23,777 nt of DNA from Candidatus Zixiibacteriota bacterium. Lineage in GTDB: Bacteria; Zixibacteria; MSB-5A5; GN15; FEB-12. The translations under genes were made by a program, and so were the position numbers. This document shows, piece by piece, positions 16,687 to 23,777 of this stretch. The stretch's first letter is position 1; every line of letters starts with the position of its first letter. The DNA is taken from NCBI GenBank assembly GCA_041742355.1, contig JBGSIV010000287.1:1-23777 (forward strand), read 5' to 3'. Below the pieces are notes generated by a model. The model worked only from the letters and a program-made list of their open reading frames with translations, had not been told where the DNA came from and made no database searches.

Positions 16687-18147
16687 ATGATGCATTACAA
16701 TCGAACGGTACATCGCTGGCTGACGATAGGGATGGCGGCGGCGATCGTGCTGGCGGCGGCGACATCGGAGGTGGAAGCGCGACGCTACTTTATCGGCGCG
16801 CGCGGCGGCCTGGCCACCCTGGCCGGGGGAGAGCGACCGCATTTCTACCACCGGGCTGCCTACGGATTCGAGGCCGGTTTCGACCTGAACGCCCGCTGGA
16901 CATTCGAAGGGAGCCTCACCCTCTACGATCTGTACAACGACCCCACGCTCGAAAACAGCTTCAGCTTCAGCGGCGACAAGGCCAACGCGACCGCCCGCTT
17001 CAAGGGAACTCGCATCGGGGCCGACCTGATGACCGAGTTGTACTCCCCGGCGCCGTGGTTCCACCTGCGGGGCGGACTCGGGGGCGGCCTGCTCATCTGG
17101 AAGATGGTCGACCCGGTGGCTGACACCACCCTCGAGAGCATAGGATCGCGCAACGAAACGATCGACTTCTCCTCGACAGAAATATTCCTCTCCGCCCGGG
17201 TCGGCGCGGAGTTCCGGCTGGCCTCCCGGCTGTCGGTGATACTCGCCGCCCACGGCGACTACCTGACCGGCGCCGGAACCGACTTCGCCGATGCCGTCGG
17301 CTCCGATCGGGATCATTGGCTCCTGAGCGCGACCGCCGCTGTGCGCTACTCCTTCGGCGGAGTTGAGGAACGGGACGCCGATAAATGGCCGGACAAAACC
17401 GCGCTGCCACCGAGCACGACCCGCGGTCTGGACAGCGACGGCGACGGTGTTGCCGACAGCGAGGATCGTTGCCAGGATACCCCCCCGGACGTGCTGGTGG
17501 ACCAGTTCGGCTGCGCCCTCGACGGTGACGGCGACGGAATAATGGACGGCCAGGATCACTGCCCGGGAACCGATGTCCGCGCGCGAGGGTTGGTCGATAT
17601 TTACGGCTGCCCGGTCGACTCGGACTTCGACGGCGTACCCGACTACCGCGACGAGTGCCCGAACAATCGAAGCGGGGCGGTCGTCGATGACCGGGGCTGC
17701 CCGGCGGATGACGACGGAGACGGCGTTCCGAACGGGCTGGATGACTGCCCCAACACCCTCTTCGGAGTGCCGGTGGACCGGTACGGCTGCATTGATCTGG
17801 CCATGTTCGATGAGCCGATGGTGCTGAACATCGACTACGATCCCGGTTCTTTCGAGATCGACCACAGCAGCCAGGAACGACTCAGGTCACTGGCGCGAGT
17901 CCTGATGGTCGCTCCCCAGATCCGGGCCGAAATCACCGGGTACACCGACAACATCGGCCCGGAAGAGGCCAACCGCGCCCTCTCGGAGAAGCGCGCCAAC
18001 CGGGTGCGAGATTTCCTGGTGGCCCAGGGAGTCGACGAGAACCGAATCCGTGCCGAGGGCCGCGGAGAGAGCAATTTTGTCGCCACAAACGACACCGCCG
18101 AAGGGCGGGCAATGAACCGAAGAATCGAAATAGTGTTTCACAAGTAG
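16687..18147 (+). CDS. OmpA/OprF-family outer membrane protein (beta-barrel, thrombospondin type 3 Ca-binding repeats, OmpA C-terminal PG-binding domain)
   Basis: Signal peptide ending VEA; amphipathic strands ending VRYSFG; four DxDxDG(V/I)xxxxDxC repeats; GYTDNIG..NRALSEKRA..GRGE..NRRIEI. Confidence 0.92.
   Translation: MMHYNRTVHRWLTIGMAAAIVLAAATSEVEARRYFIGARGGLATLAGGERPHFYHRAAYGFEAGFDLNARWTFEGSLTLYDLYNDPTLENSFSFSGDKANATARFKGTRIGADLMTELYSPAPWFHLRGGLGGGLLIWKMVDPVADTTLESIGSRNETIDFSSTEIFLSARVGAEFRLASRLSVILAAHGDYLTGAGTDFADAVGSDRDHWLLSATAAVRYSFGGVEERDADKWPDKTALPPSTTRGLDSDGDGVADSEDRCQDTPPDVLVDQFGCALDGDGDGIMDGQDHCPGTDVRARGLVDIYGCPVDSDFDGVPDYRDECPNNRSGAVVDDRGCPADDDGDGVPNGLDDCPNTLFGVPVDRYGCIDLAMFDEPMVLNIDYDPGSFEIDHSSQERLRSLARVLMVAPQIRAEITGYTDNIGPEEANRALSEKRANRVRDFLVAQGVDENRIRAEGRGESNFVATNDTAEGRAMNRRIEIVFHK
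17431..17790 (+). repeat. Four thrombospondin type 3-like repeats (intragenic)
   Basis: DSDGDGVADSEDRC, DGDGDGIMDGQDHC, DSDFDGVPDYRDEC and DDDGDGVPNGLDDC, each followed by VDxxGC. Confidence 0.85.
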
Positions 18148-18151
18148 ATCA

Positions 18152-18706
18152 ATGTACGATAATTTTTACGAACAAAATCTCGAAGACCGGCGCAGCACCC
18201 GCTTCGCGCTGGTGCTCTTCTTACCCCCGCAGCTGGATGAGGTCGTGGCCCCGCTGCGGGAACGGTACGACCCCCTGTGGCAGCTTGTCCCTTCACACGC
18301 CACCATCGTCTTCCCGTTCGAATCACGGCACTCGCTGGACGAACTGACCTCGATGATCAAGGAAGAGCTGACCGCGGAAAAGGTCATCCCGGTTCGTCTC
18401 GGCACGATCCATGATTTCTATCCGCGATACCCGGTCATCTGCTGGAAAATCCAGAAGAACGACCAGCTCAATGGCCTGTACTACCGGCTGTACAGCCGCC
18501 TGGGAATGCCGATTCCGTTCCGGGAGTACCATCCGCATGTGACCGTGGCCCGGGAGATTTCGGATCACCGGGTGATGATGGTCAAGGAGAAGATCGTGCC
18601 CTATCTGCCGGAAGAGCAATTCATGGCCCGAAGTGTCGACCTGATTACACCGCTGCCGGGAAATCGCTGGGTATCGGTGCGGACATTCCCCCTGGCCGGC
18701 CAGTAG
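18152..18706 (+). CDS. 2H phosphoesterase (2'-5' RNA ligase / YjcG-like)
   Basis: LRERYDP..VPSHATIVFPF and YHPHVTVAR give two HxT motifs about 80 aa apart. Confidence 0.88.
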   Translation: MYDNFYEQNLEDRRSTRFALVLFLPPQLDEVVAPLRERYDPLWQLVPSHATIVFPFESRHSLDELTSMIKEELTAEKVIPVRLGTIHDFYPRYPVICWKIQKNDQLNGLYYRLYSRLGMPIPFREYHPHVTVAREISDHRVMMVKEKIVPYLPEEQFMARSVDLITPLPGNRWVSVRTFPLAGQ

Positions 18707-18731
18707 AGCAAAACTCTACCTGGCATCAGAC

Positions 18732-18772
18732 AAAAGAAGAGGCGGTTTGCCGGAGGGCAAACCGCCTTCTTC
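18732..18772. terminator. Bidirectional terminator between convergent genes
   Basis: 12-bp stem AGGCGGTTTGCC (18740-18751) / GGCAAACCGCCT (18756-18767), flanked by AAAAGAAG and TCTTC. Confidence 0.85.
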
Positions 18773-18795
18773 ATACTCACTTGACTCGTGGTGCG

Positions 18796-19308
18796 TTACT
18801 TGCCGGCGGCGCCGGTCGTCGCGGCCACGGGGTGGACGAGGGCCTTCGCCTTTTCGAAGTCAAAGCCCTTGAAGTTCGCGTTGCCTTCAGCCTTGTGGCA
18901 CTTCGTGCACAGCTCGGCCGTCGGGTAAACCAGACCGGCATCCATCGCGGCCTTCTTATAGGTGGCCACGTCGTCTTTCCACTTCTTGGTCATGATCTTG
19001 GGGGACTTGTACTCGGAACCCGCACCATGGCAGGATTCACAGGTCACGCCTTCAATCATCTTGCCGGTGGCGTCAGCGCCGGTCACGTGGCAACCCACGC
19101 ACTCGGCCTTCTTCTGCTCTTCGGCCGACAGCTTGGTGAAGGCCTTGGCATGGCCGGAAGCTTCCCAGGCGGTGTAGATATCCTTGTGGCACATCTTGCA
19201 CTTGTCCGGACCCACGAGCGTCGGGGCGGCCTTCTCCTGCGCCGTAGCCATCAGGGCGATCGCCAGAACGGCGGCCAGAACCAGAATGCTGAGGGAAATC
19301 TTACGCAT
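18796..19308 (-). CDS. Periplasmic tetraheme cytochrome c (c554-like family)
   Basis: Signal peptide; four CXXCH motifs (CKMCH, CVGCH, CESCH, CTKCH); W..SGHAKA and GVTCESCHGAGS; RBS GGAG. Confidence 0.93.
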   Translation of the reverse strand: MRKISLSILVLAAVLAIALMATAQEKAAPTLVGPDKCKMCHKDIYTAWEASGHAKAFTKLSAEEQKKAECVGCHVTGADATGKMIEGVTCESCHGAGSEYKSPKIMTKKWKDDVATYKKAAMDAGLVYPTAELCTKCHKAEGNANFKGFDFEKAKALVHPVAATTGAAGK

Positions 19309-19372
19309 GTCACTTACTCCGTAGCTAACTTAGCTCTGTTTGTATTTTATACCAAATTATGACACTTAAGAT

Positions 19373-19388
19373 CGTGATTTCTTTCACG
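19373..19388. promoter_or_regulatory. Palindromic operator, Rex- or CRP/FNR-like
   Basis: CGTGA-TTTCTT-TCACG has perfect 5-bp half-sites around N6 and sits just downstream of the cytochrome promoter -10. Confidence 0.55.
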
Positions 19389-19395
19389 TGCAGCG

Positions 19396-19424
19396 AAAAT
19401 ATCATCTGAATGTCATGAAGTCAA
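19396..19424 (-). promoter_or_regulatory. Sigma70-type promoter for the cytochrome c gene
   Basis: On the minus strand: TTGACT (19424-19419), 17-nt spacer ending TGA (extended -10), TATTTT (19401-19396). Confidence 0.6.
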
Positions 19425-19489
19425 GTTCAAGATCGTTTTTGTCCGAAAATTTCGAAGGACCACGGAGCCTGTTGGCGCCCAAAAAACCC

Positions 19490-19518
19490 TTGCGAAGAAG
19501 CCTAAAAACCGGTAGAAT
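19490..19518 (+). promoter_or_regulatory. Sigma70-type promoter for the glycosyltransferase
   Basis: TTGCGA (19490-19495), 17-nt spacer, TAGAAT (19513-19518); A-tract upstream. Confidence 0.6.
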
Positions 19519-19533
19519 GGCACGAGTTGCTAT

Positions 19534-20748
19534 ATGAACATCTTAATTGTTACTCAACACTTTCCGCCCGAACGCGGTGCAGTTCGCCGGCTTGCGGAAT
19601 TCGCCCGTCAGTTCGCCCGGGGGGGGATGGATGTGTCTGTCCTTACGGCTATCCCCAACTACCCGGACGGCATTGTCCCCGAAAAATACCGGGGCAAGTT
19701 CTTCTACCGTGAAGAGATCGACGGCGTCAAGATCTTCCGCAGCTACGTCATGCCCGCCTCCAACCGGTTCCCCGGACGCCGCATGATCGGATTCGTCATC
19801 TTCATGCTCACCGCGATCATCAACAGCTTCCGAATCCCCGGCAAATTCGACCTCATCCTGGCTTCTACTCCCCCCGTGACGACTCCTGTCGTGGGCTGGT
19901 TGATATCAAAGTTCCGGCGCGCCCGGCTCATCATCGAAATCCGCGACCTTCAGCCCGAGTCGAGCGAGGAGTTCGGCAATCTGCGCCCCTCAGTCTTTAC
20001 GCGGGTACTCAAGAAGTTCATGCACTCGCTCTACCGCCGGGCGGACCACGTGGTCACGGCTACCGACGGAATTACCAACTACCTCACCGATCTCGGCTTC
20101 CCCAAGGACCGGGTGACCACCATCAAATCGGGGGTCGGCCACGAATTCCTCAAGGCCGATTCCAACGGCGTGCGCCGCCGATTCGGATGGGACGACAAGT
20201 TCCTGGTGCTCTATGCCGGAACGCTGGGCTGGGCCCACTCCCTGGAGACCGTGATCGAGGCGGCCCGCCACCTGGTGGATCAGCCGGACATCCACTTCGT
20301 ATTTGCCGGCGAAGGACAGAAGCGCCAGGCACTCGAGGGAATGGTCCGCGATTATGGGCTGAAGAACGTCACGTTTATCGGCCTGCAGTCGCTCGAGACC
20401 ATACCGTTCTTTCTGAAAGCGTCGGATGTTCTGGTCGAGAGCCTGAAGGAGGTCCCGATCACCAAAGGAACCTTCCCGTGCAAGCTCTTCGAATATATGG
20501 CGTCGGGACGCCCGATCATCTTCGGTTCCTGCGGCGGTGAAGCGGTGAACGAACTGGAGAAGGCCGGGGGCGCCCTCTGGTTCCCGACTGACCAGCCGGA
20601 GCGGCTGAGCGAGTTGATCCTCAAGTTGAAACAAGGGCAGATCGACGGCATCAAACTCGGCGAGAGCTACTACGCGCACGTCGATAGGTTCCATCGCCGC
20701 GAAATGTGGGCCGACCGGTACATCTCGGTAATCCGCGACATCGCCTGA
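19534..20748 (+). CDS. Glycosyltransferase family 4 (WbuB-like)
   Basis: MNILIVTQHFPPE, PNYPDG, STPP, EIRDLQPE, LYAGTLGWAHSLE, FPCKLFEYMASGRPII. Confidence 0.92.
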   Translation: MNILIVTQHFPPERGAVRRLAEFARQFARGGMDVSVLTAIPNYPDGIVPEKYRGKFFYREEIDGVKIFRSYVMPASNRFPGRRMIGFVIFMLTAIINSFRIPGKFDLILASTPPVTTPVVGWLISKFRRARLIIEIRDLQPESSEEFGNLRPSVFTRVLKKFMHSLYRRADHVVTATDGITNYLTDLGFPKDRVTTIKSGVGHEFLKADSNGVRRRFGWDDKFLVLYAGTLGWAHSLETVIEAARHLVDQPDIHFVFAGEGQKRQALEGMVRDYGLKNVTFIGLQSLETIPFFLKASDVLVESLKEVPITKGTFPCKLFEYMASGRPIIFGSCGGEAVNELEKAGGALWFPTDQPERLSELILKLKQGQIDGIKLGESYYAHVDRFHRREMWADRYISVIRDIA

Positions 20749-20834
20749 GCTTTCGCGATTTTCCCTTTCATCCGCCCCGGCCGCTCGATATCCTGAGTAC
20801 TACGGTTAATACTGCTTGTGAGAGTGAGAGCTAT

Positions 20835-22262
20835 ATGAATCTTCCCAATACCCTGATCGAATCCCGACCCCGCCTGACCATTGCCGATCTGCCGGATCTC
20901 CTGGTCGGCGCCGACACCGACGTCCCGACCCTGAACGGCCCGCAGCGGTACATAAATTTCGACAACGCCGCCTCAACTCCGACCTTCCGCCCGATCGCCG
21001 ACGCGGTCACCGACTTCCTCCGCTGGTACTCCAACGTCCATCGCGGCACCGGCTTCAAATCGCAACTCGCAAGCTGGGCATTCGAACGCTCCCGGGACAT
21101 CATCGCTGACTTCATCGGGGCCGATCTCGACCGCCAGGTAGTGATCTTCACCAAGAACACAACCGAAGCCATCAACAAGCTCGCGCGCCGCTTGTCCCAT
21201 GACAGCCGCGACATCATCCTGACAACCCTCATGGAGCACCACTCCAACGAACTGCCCTGGAGGCGCGTCGGACTCGTCGAACATGTCGGGCTCAATGCCG
21301 ACGGCACGATCGACAAGGACGATTTCCTCCGCAAGCTCCGCGAGTACGGCCACCGGGTGCGCCTCGTGGCGATCACCGGGGCGTCGAACGTCACCGGCTA
21401 TCTCAACGATCTGGACTTCTTTGCGCGCGAAACCCACCGCGCTGGCGCCGCGATCCTCGTCGATGCCGCGCAGCTCGCCCCCCACCGCCCGCTCAATATG
21501 AAGCCGCACGATCCCGAATGCTTCCTCGACTACACCGTCTTCTCCGCGCACAAAATGTACGCCCCCTTCGGCGTCGGCGTGCTGGTGGGCCACCGCGAAG
21601 CATTCGAACACGGCGACCCGGATACCGTCGGGGGCGGCGTCGTCGACATCGTGACGCTCGAAGAAGCCTACTGGACCGACCTCCCGGAAAAAGAAGAGGC
21701 GGGTACCCCCGATATCATCGGTGTGGTCGCGCTGGCCAAAGCGATCCAGATGTTCCAGTCCCTCGGGTGGAAGGCGATGATCGATCACGAAGCGGATCTC
21801 ACGGCGTACGCACTGCGCAAACTCCACGCGATCCCCGGCGTAACGCTCTACGGCAACGCCGACCCGGACCGGTCCCACGAGCGCCTCGGAGTCATCTCGC
21901 TCAACATCGGGAATGTCCCCCATGCGCTGGCCGCCGCCATTCTCAGCTGCGAGGGAGGGATCGGCGTACGGTCGGGCTGCTTCTGTGCGCACACCTACGT
22001 CAAGGAACTGCTGCAGGTACCCCCGGCCGACGCCCGGCGACTCGAGCTGGAGATACTCGCCCGCGACCGCTCGAACATCCCGGGAACCATCCGCGTGTCG
22101 TTCGGCCTGTACAACACCGAGGCCGAAATCGACCGGCTGGCCGCGATGACTGCACGGATCGCCGCCGGGCAGTTCGAACCCGGCTATGTGCTCAATCGCG
22201 AAGCCGGCGTTTACACCCACCCGCGACTGACCCCCGATTTCCAGCAGTACTTCCCACTGTGA
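20835..22262 (+). CDS. Class V PLP aminotransferase / cysteine desulfurase-like (SufS/CsdA-related)
   Basis: FDNAAST, NVHRG, KNTTEAIN, EHHSN, ASNVTG, DAAQ, SAHKMY (PLP Lys), EAGTP, RSGCFCA, RVSFGLYNT. ATG 20835 chosen to avoid overlap with the GT4 gene. Confidence 0.88.
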   Translation: MNLPNTLIESRPRLTIADLPDLLVGADTDVPTLNGPQRYINFDNAASTPTFRPIADAVTDFLRWYSNVHRGTGFKSQLASWAFERSRDIIADFIGADLDRQVVIFTKNTTEAINKLARRLSHDSRDIILTTLMEHHSNELPWRRVGLVEHVGLNADGTIDKDDFLRKLREYGHRVRLVAITGASNVTGYLNDLDFFARETHRAGAAILVDAAQLAPHRPLNMKPHDPECFLDYTVFSAHKMYAPFGVGVLVGHREAFEHGDPDTVGGGVVDIVTLEEAYWTDLPEKEEAGTPDIIGVVALAKAIQMFQSLGWKAMIDHEADLTAYALRKLHAIPGVTLYGNADPDRSHERLGVISLNIGNVPHALAAAILSCEGGIGVRSGCFCAHTYVKELLQVPPADARRLELEILARDRSNIPGTIRVSFGLYNTEAEIDRLAAMTARIAAGQFEPGYVLNREAGVYTHPRLTPDFQQYFPL

Positions 22263-22302
22263 CCCCCGCAGACATCGGCCCCCTGTGCGGAAATTGAGCA
22301 TC

Positions 22303-22336
22303 AAGTCGGTTCTCGTTCTTTCGAGAACCGACTTTT
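22303..22336 (+). terminator. Rho-independent terminator
   Basis: Perfect 13-bp stem AAGTCGGTTCTCG (22303-22315) / CGAGAACCGACTT (22322-22334), ending in TTTT. Confidence 0.85.
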
Positions 22337-22353
22337 CTGTGAACGGCGGACGC

Positions 22354-22530
22354 TTTCCCTTGCGGTATGCGGACATTCCCGATCTCGATATCTCAAGACT
22401 GCACGGGTCAGGCACTCCGTCAGCAACCGACATTCCCGGGCCGGCGGCTTGCCTTCGTAGACTGAAACATCCACATGTTTAGGATTAATGGAAAATGCTG
22501 ATTCGGTCAGTCCACATACCGCTTTCCCTT
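22354..22530. mobile_element. MITE-like non-autonomous element (161 bp), or a structured ncRNA
   Basis: Terminal inverted repeats GCGGTATGCGGAC (22362-22374) / GTCCACATACCGC (22510-22522) match at 12/13 and are flanked directly by TTTCCCTT at 22354-22361 and 22523-22530. Confidence 0.55.
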
Positions 22531-22662
22531 GACAGACTAAGGAAAACCGGCGCCGGCCGCGCGGAAACATCCGCCGACAGAATGCTGCCAAAAGTGGACC
22601 AGAAGACCGGATGGACGCCGATCACCCCGACCGCCATAGTTCTTCCCCCGAGGAAATCCCGC

Positions 22663-22727
22663 TTTCGAATTCTCGAAACCGATCCCCACAGCCCGGGCGC
22701 AGGGCCGTTTTCGAATACTGGAAACCG
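22663..22727. repeat. Pair of 19-bp palindromic direct repeats
   Basis: TTTCGAATTCTCGAAACCG (22663-22681) and TTTCGAATACTGGAAACCG (22709-22727) are 17/19 identical. Confidence 0.6.
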
Positions 22728-22816
22728 CCATGTTCCGCCGCCGATGACGCCGCATGCCTACTGCGACGCGGGAAAACGCGCACACCGAAATGAAAAAACG
22801 CAACGAACAAACATGG

Positions 22817-22853
22817 AAAAAGCCGTCGCATCGGGCTGACCCGGCGCGGCGGC
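22817..22853 (-). terminator. Probable terminator for the sigma/anti-sigma operon (may be bidirectional)
   Basis: Imperfect 14-bp GC-rich stem at 22822-22853, followed by TTTTT on the minus strand (AAAAA 22817-22821). Confidence 0.55.
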
Positions 22854-22889
22854 CTTCTCTATGTTGACCTCGATGTCGTGTCGATCGAG

Positions 22890-23609
22890 TTACTGCGCGC
22901 TGTCGATCTCGATATCGATCTTGACCTGGCCGTCGTCGGTGCGTTCGAAGCGCACTTCCTTGACCTGACCCCCCTGGGCGGCCACCTGCGCGGCAATCTC
23001 GGCGGCGATCTGCTCGTCCGACTTGCCGTCGATCGTCACCTCCACCCGGAACAGCTTCTCTATCGCCTGCGCATAGAGCGTACCGGAGGTGCGCTTGACA
23101 ATCGGGACAACCTTGGAATCGACATCTCCCCCGAGCAGCTCCTGGCCGGTGCGCACGGCCGTCTCCGCATCACCTTCGGAAGCGAGACCGACCACCGTGT
23201 ACTCGGTCGCGTCATCGGTATAGGTGGTGTTCACCGACGGATTGGCGATACCGGCGGCATGGAGGGCGTTGGCATACTGCTGCGGTCCGAGCTGGGCATC
23301 GGCCGGCGCGGTGACTTTAACGCTGTAGCCGATAACCGAGCTGTAGGGGAGGGGAACGAGCGCCCCGAAGAGCATGAGGGCCAGGCCGGCCGCGAGGCCG
23401 ACACCGAGTTTCGGGTGGGCGCCGAGGGCATGGAGGATGCGTGCCATGAAGGTCTCCTTGCGGGAATCAGCCAGACGCGCGTCCAGCCGGGTCCGCAGAT
23501 GGGCCAGCGGGGTCGACGGGGATTCGGACGACGAACGCAGAGCGGCAAACGTCTGATCAAGGATCCGCTCGGCACGATCGCGGTCAGTCCTGGTCTTGCG
23601 GTAGCGCAT
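22890..23609 (-). CDS. Single-TM membrane protein, putative anti-sigma factor
   Basis: Overlaps the end of an ECF sigma gene by 26 nt; about 65-aa charged N-terminus, one TM segment (LGVGLAAGLALMLFGALVPL) and an acidic extracytoplasmic domain. Function inferred from context. Confidence 0.65.
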   Translation of the reverse strand: MRYRKTRTDRDRAERILDQTFAALRSSSESPSTPLAHLRTRLDARLADSRKETFMARILHALGAHPKLGVGLAAGLALMLFGALVPLPYSSVIGYSVKVTAPADAQLGPQQYANALHAAGIANPSVNTTYTDDATEYTVVGLASEGDAETAVRTGQELLGGDVDSKVVPIVKRTSGTLYAQAIEKLFRVEVTIDGKSDEQIAAEIAAQVAAQGGQVKEVRFERTDDGQVKIDIEIDSAQ

Positions 23610-23777
23610 ATCCGGCCTTTCCGGGAAGCGGGTTTTCGGTTTGGGGAGGAAGATACCGCTCGATTCGCCGACGCATCTTCCGCCGCGCTCGCGCCAGCCG
23701 GGCCTTGATGGTCCCTTCGGGCCTGCCCAAACCGGCGGCGAGTTCGCTGATCGTCCAGCCCTCGAGCTCGAACAGGA
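23584..23777 (-). CDS. ECF sigma-70 factor, C-terminal region 4.2 (partial)
   Basis: The minus frame reads LFELEGWTISELAAGLGRPEGTIKARLARARRKMRRRIERYLLPQ...DQD* (TGA at 23586-23584), matching the sigma region-4 HTH pattern. Not in the ORF track. Confidence 0.88.
   Translation of the reverse strand, partial: LFELEGWTISELAAGLGRPEGTIKARLARARRKMRRRIERYLPPQTENPLPGKAGYALPQDQD

Noticed and set aside
22500..22530. Minus-strand GAAAGCGGTATGTGG resembling a group II intron domain V start
   Set aside because: No local complementary 3' arm or domain VI; the sequence pairs with the distant inverted repeat instead.
22663..22727. Palindromic repeat pair as a mini CRISPR array
   Set aside because: Only two 19-bp copies, too short for a CRISPR repeat, and no cas genes.
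22285..22839. Small ORFs (60-114 aa) in the convergent intergenic region
   Set aside because: Mutually overlapping, no convincing RBS or domains, and several run through terminators or the repeat element.

Overview
High-GC bacterial chromosomal segment with about 17 protein-coding genes (two partial) and no rRNA, tRNA, CRISPR array or transposase. The tandem dockerins ending LVNYLFKGGP and the PNPFNP C-terminal sorting domain suggest the FCB group, most like candidate phylum Zixibacteria (inference). In order: the 3' end of a dockerin protein; a secreted S8 protease with PKD, cohesin-like and dockerin modules; a monocistronic cohesin-like protein with a T9SS-type C-terminal domain; a GH35/GH42-fold protein that appears to lack its catalytic nucleophile, coupled to ggt; a bactofilin-like membrane protein; cstA; a tight operon (GAF-GGDEF cyclase, nagZ, anmK, SpoIID/LytB lipoprotein, OmpA-family protein, 2H phosphoesterase); a tetraheme cytochrome c with a Rex/CRP-like operator; a GT4; a class V PLP enzyme; a 627-bp convergent intergenic region holding a MITE-like element; and an ECF sigma/putative anti-sigma pair. 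The best leads are a non-cellulolytic cohesin-dockerin surface assembly, the GH35 pseudo-enzyme, a peptidoglycan-recycling operon headed by a c-di-GMP cyclase, and the 161-bp element with terminal inverted repeats and an 8-bp duplication. All family calls come from motif recognition by eye; no searches were run.
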